Shown in pieces: positions 12,901 through 24,929 of a DNA stretch of 54,438 nt (positions are counted from its first letter, which is position 1; every line of letters begins with the position of its first letter). Position numbers and translations under genes: made by a program. The notes below the pieces were generated by a model, which saw only the letters and a program-made list of their open reading frames with translations, was not told the origin of the DNA and made no database searches. This stretch comes from a virus (Duplodnaviria > Caudoviricetes), in the IMG/VR virus record IMGVR_UViG_3300037882_000418, positions 1 through 54,438 of that record, one strand, 5' to 3'.

Positions 12901-14582
12901 GAATAAGAATCACTTTCTACTTGGTCATATAAATCCATATATGCCATTACTTCACTCTTACGAGTCTGAAGTTCTACAGCATCAGCATTATCTTTTAACT
13001 TGTTAGTTATGATATAATCAATATCTTCTTTAGTTAAGTTATTTACTTTAGCATAAGTAGCTATACCATAAGCAGAGTCAGATAAAGCATCTTGTACTGC
13101 ATATTCGTGATGAGTTTTATCTCCTTTAACAGAAGCTTTAAATGCTTGATCAAATAAGAATTTTTGATATAAATTATTGAATCCTTGATTTCTCCATTTA
13201 GTTTTGTCTACTTCTACTTCACCTGTCTGTGGATTAACATAATTTATTTTACCATCATCTGTTTTTCCAAATTCTTTTAAAATAGAATTATATCTATCAG
13301 GTAAAGACTTTCCAGTATTAGCTAAGTAATCAACATAATTATTTATATTTCCTTGGTAAGCTTTTAATAAAGATTTATTAAAATTAGATCCTTCTCTATC
13401 TGCTAATGCAGAAGTAGTACCTCCAATTATTCCGCCAAGTAATATACCACCAGCAGCTTGATCTTGATATGATCCTGCTTCTGGCCCAGTCTCCAATAAT
13501 CCATAACTAGCTATTTGAGGTATGGTCTTCATAAATCCTTTTACTCCTTCATACCACCTTTGAAATTGGGAATCATTAGTATTGGTAGTTCCTGTAGCTT
13601 TAGCTTTTTCATATTCAGAAACAGCTAATTGAATATTTTCTTCCCATAAACCTTCTGAAGCTAAACCTTTCAAAGCAGATTTACCGATAGAACTTTTTAA
13701 TTCTTCTTCAGTAATTTGATCTAAAGCCTTTACTGATCTAACTCCATCAAAAGCTTTTTTATTATGTAGCCACTTAGTCTCTAAAAAGTTAGGAGCCATT
13801 AAGTATAGCATATTATACTTAAAAGTATTTGATGCTGCTGTAGCTGCTTTTTGATCAATCTCTGCTTCAGACATATTAGGAAACTTAAGTTTTAAAGATT
13901 CTTTTACAGAATCATATACTTCTTTTCCTTCAACCATTGATTCAGAAGTAGTAGCATATAAAGTATTAGCAATTAATCCTACTGGGTTAGTCGCATCAAA
14001 CCCTAATTTAGCTCCTGCTTTTGACAAAGCACCTGTAAGCTTAGTAGCTTGTCCAACTTTACTAATTTGTGTACCCGGTACGTAAGCCGAAGCTAAGAAC
14101 TCTATACCATCCATAGCGTCTTGTGTCCACCAAGATGTAGTAAATACTTTTTGAGCAGTGTTACCTGTTAAGTATTTTCTTGAAGGATAAATAGGATTAG
14201 CAGCTTCAATTTCTGTTTCTGCATCATCAAATGCAGTCATTATTGTGCTATCAAAAGCTCTAGACCATGAAAAATCAATATCATCATTAAATGCTGCTGA
14301 AACTCCTTCTTGTACTAAACCTGCTACGCCAGCAAGTCCTGCTCCTAGTTTATACCCAATAGACGGTATAGCTCTTTTAGACGCATTAAATAATTGACCA
14401 AATGCAGATTGATTTGCGCCTCTAGTAAATGCTTGATTTCCTCCCGGCCTTAATCCCTGATCATAACTATTGTAGGGAGAAGTATTGGGTACAAAGTCTT
14501 GCGTCTGTACAGCATTAGTAGGTCTATAAGCACTTGGGTCTATTGCAAAAGATTCAACTTGCGGAAAAACTTGTGGTTCCAT
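6945..14582 (-). CDS. Giant ejection/cargo protein (~2545 aa): N-terminal hydrophobic helices, central SF1 helicase-like domain, C-terminal zincin; two in-frame TGA codons (12414, 7743)
   Basis: ORFs 12414..14582, 7743..12395 and 6945..7715 are in one frame, separated only by TGA (VD*AKGNKELFL; DIN*PPHTQALVELF). Walker A GIIGTGKT (11070-11093), Walker B LIVLDES, VQGIE and YTSIGRA motifs; HEFIH (7530-7544) followed by EFVA. Confidence 0.85.
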
Positions 14583-14583
14583 A

Positions 14584-16575
14584 TTATTGTCCTATTAATC
14601 TTTTATTGTTAAAGTAGTCAAATAAGAAAGTATTACCTTTAGCATCTTGAGTTGTATGTCCGAAGTTTTGATCAAAAGATAATTTATCTATTTCTTGTTC
14701 TAACCTATTTAAAGTAATAGGCTCTTCACCATTTGGATGCTGTATAGATAATCTTGTTTTATATTTTTGACCTGTTTCTGGATTAGTGTGATGCTGGTAT
14801 AACTGTTCTACTGCTTGTAATCTACCATTAGAATCTTTTTGGTATGTAATTTGTCTCTCAATAGGCGTACCTGCAAAAGATTTAGGTTCATATCTTTTTG
14901 TTACTGCATTATAAGACATCATACCTAAATTTATACCATTTTCGTAAATAGCAGTACCGTTAGGATTCTGAGATGCTTGAGCTAATTGTACAATAGGTTC
15001 ATGTGCTTTTACATATGCAGGAGGAGCTTCCATATAAATTTCATCTTTACCTACTTTAAATGCAAATGAAGGGTTCATACCATTAGAAGACTTAGTTAAA
15101 GTATTTAAATTCTTATACTGATCTTTTAATCCGCCATCTTTGGTATAAATATCTTCTTTATATTTTTCTATGAATTCACTGTAAGGTATTGTATTAACTA
15201 CACCATTTTTATCTTTAACACGAATAGTAGTATATTGACCTTGAGAACCTAACAATAATTGATTAGCAATATTCTTGCCTTGGTCTTCACCTAAAGCAAA
15301 ATAAGTACCTTTTTGTAATCCTCCTACTTGTTTAGCAGCTTCGTTGTATCGTTTTAATACTTCTGATGCAGGAGTATTAGGATTTACATCTTTTAATACT
15401 GTAGCCATTAAACTAGAATTAATATTTAAACTAGCTAGTTTACCGCTATTTAATAGCGTTTGTAAAGTAGATGCTGTCTCACTAATTGCGGATATAGGCA
15501 GCCCTAATTTTTTTCTTCTTTGAATTTCAGCGAATTCACTAGCTCCACTACCACCTCCAAATTGTGCGAAAGTATTTTCATTAGGAAAAATATCTTTTAA
15601 CTGAACATCGACTTTAATGTTATTTTGTCCGTAATCCATCTCACCAACTTTAGGATTAAATATAGATTGCATTTGTCCTAACATCTGATTCTGTCTAGCA
15701 TCTTCTCTTCTCTGCCTATCTAAATGTAAACCAACTTGGTCTGCGTCAGTAGTTTGAGAAGTGCTTTGAGAATTGTAAGAATAAGTTCTACCGTAAGAAT
15801 CTGCTAATCCATGTAAATACTGTTTACCGTCGAAAGATACATTTCTAAATTTAGCAGACTGTTGCATTGCTGCTAATAGGTTAGGATCTAATTGCATCGT
15901 TCTTAATGCGGTTTCATATACTTTATCGTATGCTAAAGATTCTCCAGTTTGTTTATTAGTATATTTATATAAGCCTCGTACACTATCCCATTCCTTAGAA
16001 TACTTATCAGCTACTAGATTATCTATAGATTTCTGTACGGCTTCATCTGGAGATTGCCATTTTAAAATCTGTTCAGGAGTAGTGATACCCCAAGCACCGG
16101 TTACAGGATCTTGTTTTAAATCTCCTATGTATCCTTTTGAGTTAGGGTTCATATAATATGAAGCTCCTTGATTAACTGCTTCAGAAGTTAATTCTTTATC
16201 TTTAATTGCGGTATCATACCAATCTTGATAAACTTTCTTTTGCGCCATAATAGCAGCAGCTTCACCACCGGGTTTCATATCTCTATCTATGTTAAGAGCT
16301 AAGTTATTTATGTCTCTATACGCTGCTGCATAGTCTCCATTGTAACTCTCAATTATTTTATCTTTTTCTTGTTGCCAGTTTTGTAATAAAGCATTAGCTC
16401 TCCCTCTATGTTGTGGAAGAGCATCTAAAGATATATTACCTAACTTTGCTGCTTGTTCATAACCAGTATCAAATCTTTTCTGCTTAGATTCTAAAGCAAA
16501 ACCTAAAGATTGTAAATCAGTTTTAGGTAAATACCAGTCTACTGGTGCATATTGTTGGTAGCGACTATATCCCAT
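14584..16575 (-). CDS. Putative ejection/cargo virion protein (663 aa)
   Basis: Intact ORF ending TAA. Its position between the cargo gene and the giant ejection/RNAP genes matches crAss-like gene order. Confidence 0.7.
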   Translation of the reverse strand: MGYSRYQQYAPVDWYLPKTDLQSLGFALESKQKRFDTGYEQAAKLGNISLDALPQHRGRANALLQNWQQEKDKIIESYNGDYAAAYRDINNLALNIDRDMKPGGEAAAIMAQKKVYQDWYDTAIKDKELTSEAVNQGASYYMNPNSKGYIGDLKQDPVTGAWGITTPEQILKWQSPDEAVQKSIDNLVADKYSKEWDSVRGLYKYTNKQTGESLAYDKVYETALRTMQLDPNLLAAMQQSAKFRNVSFDGKQYLHGLADSYGRTYSYNSQSTSQTTDADQVGLHLDRQRREDARQNQMLGQMQSIFNPKVGEMDYGQNNIKVDVQLKDIFPNENTFAQFGGGSGASEFAEIQRRKKLGLPISAISETASTLQTLLNSGKLASLNINSSLMATVLKDVNPNTPASEVLKRYNEAAKQVGGLQKGTYFALGEDQGKNIANQLLLGSQGQYTTIRVKDKNGVVNTIPYSEFIEKYKEDIYTKDGGLKDQYKNLNTLTKSSNGMNPSFAFKVGKDEIYMEAPPAYVKAHEPIVQLAQASQNPNGTAIYENGINLGMMSYNAVTKRYEPKSFAGTPIERQITYQKDSNGRLQAVEQLYQHHTNPETGQKYKTRLSIQHPNGEEPITLNRLEQEIDKLSFDQNFGHTTQDAKGNTFLFDYFNNKRLIGQ

Positions 16576-16577
16576 GT

Positions 16578-18851
16578 TTATTTCTTTTTAGGTTTTTTAT
16601 TAACTCCTAATAGCTCTATATACTGAGCTATATCTGGATATGCTGCAGCCATTTGTTGAGCAGCCATTTCATTTTGTTTTTGCTTATTCATTTCTACTCC
16701 TAAACCAGATACGTTAGCTAACATTTGACTAATTGCATTATTACGAGCTGCTTTATTTTGAGAATTAATTTGATCTACATTATACTTATTTTGATTATTC
16801 TCAGCCATTCTTTGCCCTAGTCGCTGCTCATAGTTAATCTGTGATTGCTTATTCATATCTGTATACCTATCTATAACACTAGAATCATTACGCATTTTAT
16901 TAGAATAGGCTTGCTGTAAATTAGATAACCTACTGCTATCTCCTATACTATTACCTATAGTTCCTTTAAGCGCATTGAAAGAATACATATTCTGATTCAA
17001 TGCTTGAGAAGGATCATAAGTAGCCATATTTATAGGGGCAGTATTCTGATATAGATTTTGTTTTTCAGGTTTCTGAAAAACCATAGGCATCTGACCTACC
17101 ATACCTAATCCTTGTAACATAGTACCTAAATTATCTCCAAATGGATTAGATTCTGGAGCTGGTGGAACACCATCTTTTAAACTTGATACATTTACATTAC
17201 GGTTGTTAACTGGAGCAGCTATATCATTAGCTGGGTTAGGTGGAACTAAAGCATCTATATTATCTGGGTAATTTGCACCAGAAAAATCTATATAAGGCCC
17301 ATTTCTGTAAATAGTTTCTGGGTTGGTAGATACTTGCCAAGTATTAGGATCTGTAGTAGTTTTATTTGTAACTTCTTGAGATATAATTTGGCCTGTAGTT
17401 GGGTTCATGCTACTTATTCCTAACATGCTATCTATTAAACCATTTTCAGGAATAGAATAAGATTTTGAAGTGGGGTCGTAACCTAAACTTTGTTTATAAG
17501 CATCACCAGATAGTTTCCATAGTTTATCATGCTGTGGCCCCCATTGGCTATCCATTGAGAATCCAGCTTTAACTAATTTATCTGTACCTATACTATTATA
17601 AAAAGATTGGTAATCAAAGTTATCCCAAGGTGGAGTACCGCCATCTTTGTAAGACATCTTTCCTCCTTTAGATAACATTTTAGTAGAACTTACTAAATCT
17701 TTTAACCCTCGTACAGTATCATTTAATACAGTTAATTGTTCTCTAGATTTTTGATTCATTAATAATGTATTTTGTGCTTCCTTATCGTATTTCTTCGTGG
17801 CAGCATTCTTATCTGATAAAGCTAATTTCTTATCGTCTTTAGCAAAAGAATTACCAGTAAGAGGATTTGTTAACATATCAGAGAATACATACTTACCTTG
17901 AGATGTATTAGAAATAGTTTCTCCGTGGTCTACATATGCTTGAGGTAATTCTACTCCATCTACTTGAGACGGATTATTACCTATAACTTCTTGAGTATTT
18001 GGGCCTGTAGTATTTAAATAACCTCCTGAAGCTTTTCTTTGTTTCAGGTACTCCTCTGTATCTATAGGTTGTTTATCTGTTAAAAATTTACCAGTACCTT
18101 TTAATGTAGATACATTTTTACCTTGAGTTAAATTAATATAGTCAGTGTCAGTTAATGGTATTAATTTTCCATTTTCTTTTTTGTACCTATCTGGTATTTG
18201 TTTTGGAGGTTCAGTAGACACTAGATTATTTGCAGGAATAATAGATAAAGAAGTATCATAAGGTTTTTCGTAAACTGGTTTTACTTTAGGTTTATAATAT
18301 ACTGGTACATCATTAAACATTCTTTTATCTCCATCTAAACGTTTTTCTCCCGCCTTTAACGGATTTTTATATACTATTTCTGTTCTGTGGTATTCTTTGG
18401 GTTTTATATTCAACCCTATATCTTTAGCATCAAAAGTAGGGCGTATAGCTTTATTTAAAGGAATAATTCCTCTATCTACAAACATAGTTTCCCCTTTAGT
18501 AGAATTATGCCCATGCACATCTAGTCAATTATCTAGCATAGGTTTGTTTAAATTGAATAATTTTAAACTATCTGTGTACGATTTATAGGCTAAGTCATAG
18601 GCTTTTTTATCCTTATATACTTTTTTCTTGGGGGGATCTATTAAACCTCCCATAGCCATACCATAAGGATTAGTATTTTGTTGCTTAGGCATATATGCTT
18701 GTGGTTGATTTTGTTGAGAAATCATTTGCCCTGCCATATTAGCAATAGGAGCAGCAATAGCTCCACCTCCGGGGATTAACCCTAGAAGTGGAGATACTGA
18801 TTGTAGAAATCCGCCGAAATCCATTGAAAATTTATTATTTTTCTTTTTCAT
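16578..18851 (-). CDS. Putative internal virion (cargo) protein, 757 aa, one in-frame TGA (18525)
   Basis: 18525..18851 and 16578..18518 are joined in frame (LDN*LDVHGH). Recurrent xxGG motifs (MAMGG, KASGG, SKGG, KDGG) and a Q/N-rich helical C-terminus, as in crAss-like cargo proteins. Confidence 0.75.
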
Positions 18852-18855
18852 AGTA

Positions 18856-19305
18856 TTAGTTATAGACTCTAATTTCTAGTAAGGTACTAGAAAAAATATC
18901 ATTTTTTAAGCTTCCGGCACTATCTATGCTAGTAATAGTTAAGTTATTCTGATTTGTAAAGTAGCTACCAAAAGTAGTAGTAGAGTCTCAACTTGAATTT
19001 GTATTACCAATCAATATTGCAGTTTTATTAGGTGTAAAAGAACCCTCTATAGATTCTACATTGTATTCTCCTTCACTTAAAACAGAAAAAGTAATTTCTC
19101 CTAATTCGTTTTGTAGAATACTAGCCACGGGAGCAAATGTACTGGTTTGTGTAAGTATAGCTGTATAAACTTTATAAGGTTTTATATTTTTCCATAAAGA
19201 AAGTTTATTAGCCCCTTGGTATGTAAGAACTTGGCCTACTTGTCCTTGTGGAGTAGTATTTAAAGTATATAAACCACTACTATATAGATTTTTTCGATTT
19301 TCCAT
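18856..19305 (-). CDS. Hypothetical beta-rich protein (149 aa), one in-frame TGA (18988)
   Basis: Read-through adds DSTTTFGSYF...LLEIRVYN and ends at TAA 18856, just before the next ATG (18851), filling the gap. Confidence 0.75.
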
Positions 19306-19900
19306 TTTGTTCTTTTTTATCTTTAATTTCTATTTCAACTACTGGAGTGGTATGCTTAATATAAGCAGCTTCTAATTTAGCATCGTATTGATTTTGTTTA
19401 AATGCTGGCCCGTTATACCTTTTAGCAAAACTTGTCCAATCTTTATCAATTAAAAACTGTTCTAATTTACATTGTCTAATATAATTACAGAAAGCTAATA
19501 AATGGTCTTTCTCAGATTTATACATAGAATTTATAAAGTCCTGTATAGAAGCAAATCCACAAAGCCCATAATTGAATCCCATTATCTGAAATAGTCCCCA
19601 AGATGCTGACATCAATGCAGCATTCCTATCATATTTAACTGCTACTCTTAGCTTATCATGTTGTTCAGATATTTTACCATATCCTCCTGCTTTCCTATTA
19701 GAAAGTTCAGGAATAACTTTGTCATATTTGCCTCCAGTTCTCCTAGAGAATATATGGCGTTCAAATAGAATAATAGGTTCTCCAGTTTCTAAGAATCCTG
19801 AACCTCTTGATTCCACTTCTGTAACTGCTTTAATTGCAGCCACTTCACAATTTAAAAGCTGTGCAGCTTCTATATAATCTTGTTCTATTAATTTATTCAT
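19280..19900 (-). CDS. Endolysin, N-acetylmuramidase (DUF3380/muramidase family)
   Basis: Motifs AVTEVESRGSGF, ILFERHIF, SASWGLFQIMGFN and FAKRYNGP; ends TAG. Confidence 0.92.
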   Translation of the reverse strand: MNKLIEQDYIEAAQLLNCEVAAIKAVTEVESRGSGFLETGEPIILFERHIFSRRTGGKYDKVIPELSNRKAGGYGKISEQHDKLRVAVKYDRNAALMSASWGLFQIMGFNYGLCGFASIQDFINSMYKSEKDHLLAFCNYIRQCKLEQFLIDKDWTSFAKRYNGPAFKQNQYDAKLEAAYIKHTTPVVEIEIKDKKEQNGKSKKSI

Positions 19901-20432
19901 GTTTATTTGATTCTAATTTTGATCCGTAAATACTTGCAATAAATCCAAAACACTGTCCTAAGGATAACATAAACATACTACTAACTAAGTTTTCCATGAC
20001 TGTGGATGTATGACCGTAAATGTACGTAAATAAATACAAAGAAGCAGAAAGTAATATAGTTCCTATGATAGTTAGTAAGAAGTAAAACACTACTTTAGAT
20101 AGTGTCTTATCTTTATTTCGCTTTAACTCTGCCTCTAATCTATTAGTAGTATCCGCTAATAATGCGTCTGTCTTTGCTCTTTCTTGCTCTAATTCTGCTT
20201 GTTTAACTTTTAATTCATTATTTACTTTAAGTATTTCTTCTTGACTTTGAATTAGTCTTGTAGATTTATCTCTAAATAACAAATCGGCTTGAACAAAGTA
20301 TTCTTTTTGCTTTCCTTTTAAGTGTTTTGTTTCTATCAGTTTTAATAAATTTCCTTCTAAGTAAACGTTGTAGGTATTGGCTAAATGGATTAAACTATTT
20401 AAAATTTTTGTGTTTAAAATTATTTTATTCAT
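19893..20432 (-). CDS. Coiled-coil protein with two C-terminal transmembrane helices; holin candidate
   Basis: Hydrophobic runs VVFYFLLTIIGTILLSASLYLF and LVSSMFMLSLGQCFGFIASIY. It lies directly upstream of, and overlaps, the endolysin. ATG 20432 chosen over TTG 20462 because it overlaps the upstream stop. Confidence 0.55.
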   Translation of the reverse strand: MNKIILNTKILNSLIHLANTYNVYLEGNLLKLIETKHLKGKQKEYFVQADLLFRDKSTRLIQSQEEILKVNNELKVKQAELEQERAKTDALLADTTNRLEAELKRNKDKTLSKVVFYFLLTIIGTILLSASLYLFTYIYGHTSTVMENLVSSMFMLSLGQCFGFIASIYGSKLESNKHE

Positions 20433-20874
20433 ATAATTTAAAAGGTATAGTTCTATTTTCAAATTTGGGTAAGTCGTATTGAAATTCTTGAATTCTTCTA
20501 AATATACCTTCTTTCTTACTCATTCAAAATTGTGCTCCTACTTTCTTAGCCTTTGCTATTTGTTCTAAATCTGAGTCATCAGAAATAATTCCTATAATTA
20601 CATTATTCCCATACTCGAAGTTAATTTTTCTAATAAGCTCTATCCCATCATATGATGAGCCTATTAAACTAGAAGTCACAAATACTACTTTAGGTCTGCT
20701 ATTTAAATTAGCATCTTCTTTGAAAGCTTGTTCTGCAGATTCCATAGTGGAAAATACTTTTAACTGTATAAAATCAGTTAGTATTTCAGAACTTGCTTGA
20801 AAAATTGTTTCAAATACTTTATTGTCATCTACTAAATAATACGAACATACTTTATTAATTTTATTTTCCATCAT
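20425..20874 (-). CDS. Stand-alone response-regulator receiver-like protein (149 aa), one in-frame TGA (20524)
   Basis: REC features: YYLVDD, DGIELIRKI, IIGIIS, and AKKVGAQF*MSK (the beta5 Lys lies after the TGA). Read-through ends at TAA 20425, overlapping the next ATG. Confidence 0.8.
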
Positions 20875-20891
20875 TTATGTCTTCGCTTGGT

Positions 20892-23800
20892 TTATCTGTA
20901 CGAAATACTTTGTATAGTATTAAGTAGATTTACGGTTAATTTAATATTTGCTCGACTATTATATTCTAATCTAATCGCTAACCATCTATCTCTTAATCTT
21001 GGAAATTGAAATAAAGATGGACTAGAATTAATATTTACAGGAACTTTATCTGTAAAGTAATCTAAAGATATATTAGCCCAAGCAGATGAAGATATATTAG
21101 TGTTGGGTAATTGTAAGTCTCTTAGGTTATTTAATTTCCAACCATTTTGTACTTTACTCATTAATACATCTATACCATAATCAGTAGTAAAAGAATTCGT
21201 CTTCAATACCAAATTCTTAAACCCTGTTGATTGACTAGAGTTATAAGCCCAGATTCTATTAAATGAAAGATCAGAACTTACTCCATCTAAAGTAGAGTTA
21301 CATATTAACTCTAATGAGTTAAAAGCTTTTACGATTTGAGGTTCTTTATTAGATATAAATTCTAATACAAATTTTTTCTTTTCTTCTCCATAGTATACGT
21401 GATATAAACCTGTGTTGTGTAAATATACATTAGGTGAGGAAGGTTTGAAAGAATAGAAATTATTACCATCATTCATATAATTGTAAGGTAAATATGAATG
21501 GTATGAAACCCAAGCATTATGTCTAGGAGAGTATGATAATGTTCAAGACCTATTTTGAATTGCAGTGCTTTTACCAAAGTTAATTTTCTCATTAGATGTA
21601 GAATTTTTCTTTTGAAAAAAGAACTTTAATATTGGATCCCAATAAACTTTATTAGCTATAGTTGTAGTGTCTAAAAAATCTTTTTCTCCAGCAAAAGTAG
21701 TTTCATCTAATACAAAATCATTCTTAGTTATTATATACCTTTTATGTCTAGGATCATATGTAGCACATATACCCACACCATCTGTAGGATAAGTCCAAGG
21801 ATACCTATACCCAAGTAATCTATAAAACTGCTCATGTATACCAAAAGGTAAATTGTTCTCAAACCAATTAGTCATACCTTCAGTAACTAAGGCTGGTGGA
21901 TTAGCAAGTCTATGTATCTTACCATGCTCTGAGTCTGGATAAAAAGTTCCATATTCTGTAGTCACTACTCCCATCCAATCTCTGCATCCTCCATGCGGGT
22001 ATGTAGTAGTAGATAATTTCTTAAATGGTATTGATAAAGGATCTCCTGTACCTACATAAGCTACATCTTCATTAGTCTGAATGGATTGAGGTTTAGTAGG
22101 AATAAATACTGGGTAATTATATGTAAGTGCAAATAGATTATCATTATCTACAACTAAATGTTCTAATCCTCCGCAGTCTCCGTTTAAGTCTCTAAAATTA
22201 TTAGCTTTGAAGTTTCTATAGTTATCAGATACTTCTGTTTGAAAAGATTGTTCTGAAGCTATAATTCTGTAAGGATATTGATTACCACAATCAGAACACC
22301 ATTCATAATTAAAAGGTAATGGGAATACAGGTAAAGAAGAATGTTTTGTATAATCATCATTATACCCAAAGAATTCGGGTCTGTAATAAAAATTATTTTC
22401 TTCTGGCCAGTACCCATCACAATAATGAGCCAAAGCTAAATTACCTTCTGTAGAAGTATCATAAATATCACCTTTAAAATATTCTTGAGTCATAGGATCT
22501 ACTAATCCTTGATGTCTAAGTTCAGAATTAATTTCACTTTCATAATAAGCACTAATCATGGAAGTCATAGTGCCTAAACTATTATTATACTTAAAATCAA
22601 ATCGAGTTATAAATATATCTCCTCCAAAGTAATTAGCAATTAAATCGCCAGTCTTAGTTAGTTCTACATAGTTTATATTATGTAAAGTTGAATGCGCAGA
22701 TAAATTACCTGTTCTTAAAGATACATAAGATACTTTAAATGGGTTAGCACTTAAGTTAGTAGTTTCCCATTCGTAATCATCTGCTAACTCTAAAGCTAAT
22801 TCAGGTATTGTATGACTAGGGTTAGATACAGTTTTACCTCCAAGAGATTGTCTTACCATCGGATGTGCATTACTTGTTAATATTTCTGTACCGTCATTCT
22901 GGGTTCACCTATCTATATGCCTATATCCAGCAGTAGTTCTATTAAATAGCGTATTATTATCTAAGTGTGTATTCCAATCTATAAATATCTTTTTAACACT
23001 AAAGCTAGGTATCTCGTTGAACTCGGTTAAAAACTGTGCTTCTGAAGTTATATAAGACATATTTAAGCTAGGTCTTTTTACCATTTGAAGTGGGGAACAA
23101 TAAAAATGAATTCTTCTATCGTAAGTCACTGGTGACCAACCCGGTAATGGGGTAAAGAAATAATTACCTACTCTATCGCCTTCAATATGAGCTTGTCCAG
23201 AAGTATCTCCTATAACTTGAGAAGTTATCAAATAACCTTTATCAAAAATAGTTCTATTAGTGTCGTCTCTTTCTCCTCTGGCAATAACCCACTCTACAAC
23301 ATCTATAGTAACTTCAGAGGGTAAATTTAATACAAAGTTTGTAATATCTACATTTATACCTATAGGATAAATATTGTCTTCATCTTCTATAGGAATAAGT
23401 TCATTGTTAGGAAATTTATGATGTCTAATTTTACCTACTGGATAAATTCTATCCCCGTTACAATCTACATCTTCTGGGTAATTAACATCAGATTCCCAAT
23501 ACGCCATTCTATCGTTAGTGGCAGTATTAAATACTAACCATCTAGGTACTATATTTACACCGTACCCTATATCATCCCCTAAGTTAACGAAACCTAAATG
23601 CTTAACATCAGCTAAGTTGATTTCGTCTACACCTCTAGGAGTACCGTCAGCAATTACTGTAATATTATCTAAGTCAGATGGAATTGATTCTGTTCCGGGA
23701 ATATGAAATGCAGGAGTTCTAGTACCATCATTTAATTTACCATATATAGTTAGCGGATATACTTCGTCTCGTAGAAAAGATTTAGTTTTAGTATAGTAGT

Positions 23801-24929
23801 AAGGGGATTTAGGAATACCAGAAGTATTTAAATCATTTTTTAATACTGGTTGTCCAAACCATTTGACTACAATATTTTCATTGGCAGATCTTTGTACCCT
23901 AGCCCAATCGTATACTTTGTTAGATAGATTACCTAAGTATAATCTATTATCTATTTGAGCATGAGAACCTGCTTTGTAAATAGGTAAATTATTATTTAAT
24001 ACCTCTCCTAATTCAGTCTGTGTAGCATTAGAAGAATCTACTCCTCTAAATACAAAAGTTTGAGATGGGCCAGTAATAGCTTGTGGAGTAAGTAAATAAG
24101 TTCCAGATACTTCTCCTGTACCTGATGTAGCAGTAATTACTGCAATTCTAAAGAAAGTGAAATTAGAATCTAAATTATCTACTCTCAATACTACTGACTT
24201 GGTAGTAATAGCTACTTCTCCTACTCCTGCTACTCCGGGAGTAGCAATATTATACCCACCATCTACTTCATAATAACTAGAAGAAAGAGGTTCATTTGTA
24301 ATAGGATGAAATGGTGTAAAGTTAAGCCAAGGAGTTTCATTTAAATCAGTATCTAAATATTGAATGGCATATTGGTAGTTACCTACTTCTGTAGAACCTC
24401 CAAAATCTTGAACAGAGTCTACTGTTAAACTAGGCACAGTAATTTTCTTAGACAGATTCAAATTATCAGCTTCAAATGGAGTACCGTATTGTAATACATT
24501 ATCTACATCCATAACTCTGTATGGGTTTAAATCGTCTGTAAAATATATAGTTCTAACACACCCTTTTCTAATCCTAAATAACATTTTAATAGGATAGTGA
24601 GAATTAAAACTTAAATCTGGAGAAGAAATTAAAATAGTAAAAGTTTTTGTTCTTGGAAAGTATTCTCCTATTATAGATGATGTAGAAGTAACTACTGTAC
24701 AAATAAAAGTTTCCGTATCAGTAAGCACTGAACCTAAAAGAATAGGATTTACTCCGGGTAAAGCTACCTGTAATGCGTTACCTAGTTCATTAGTTATAAA
24801 CGGAAAATCTCCATCTGTAGATTCTAATACAGCATTTAGAGCATAAGGATATGTACCATCTTTCTGTACTAATGGAGAGGTATCTTTAACTAAGCCAGCA
24901 GATATAGTATTTGTATTTGCTAAGTTCAT
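20892..24929 (-). CDS. Tail stabilization/muzzle protein (P22 gp10-like), 1345 aa, two in-frame TGA (22905, 21543)
   Basis: Three ORFs are in frame, separated only by TGA. N-terminal GLVKD..YPYALNA..NE.GN and C-terminal NRS*TLSYSP...WVSYHSYLP match my recall of this crAss-like family. Confidence 0.85.
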
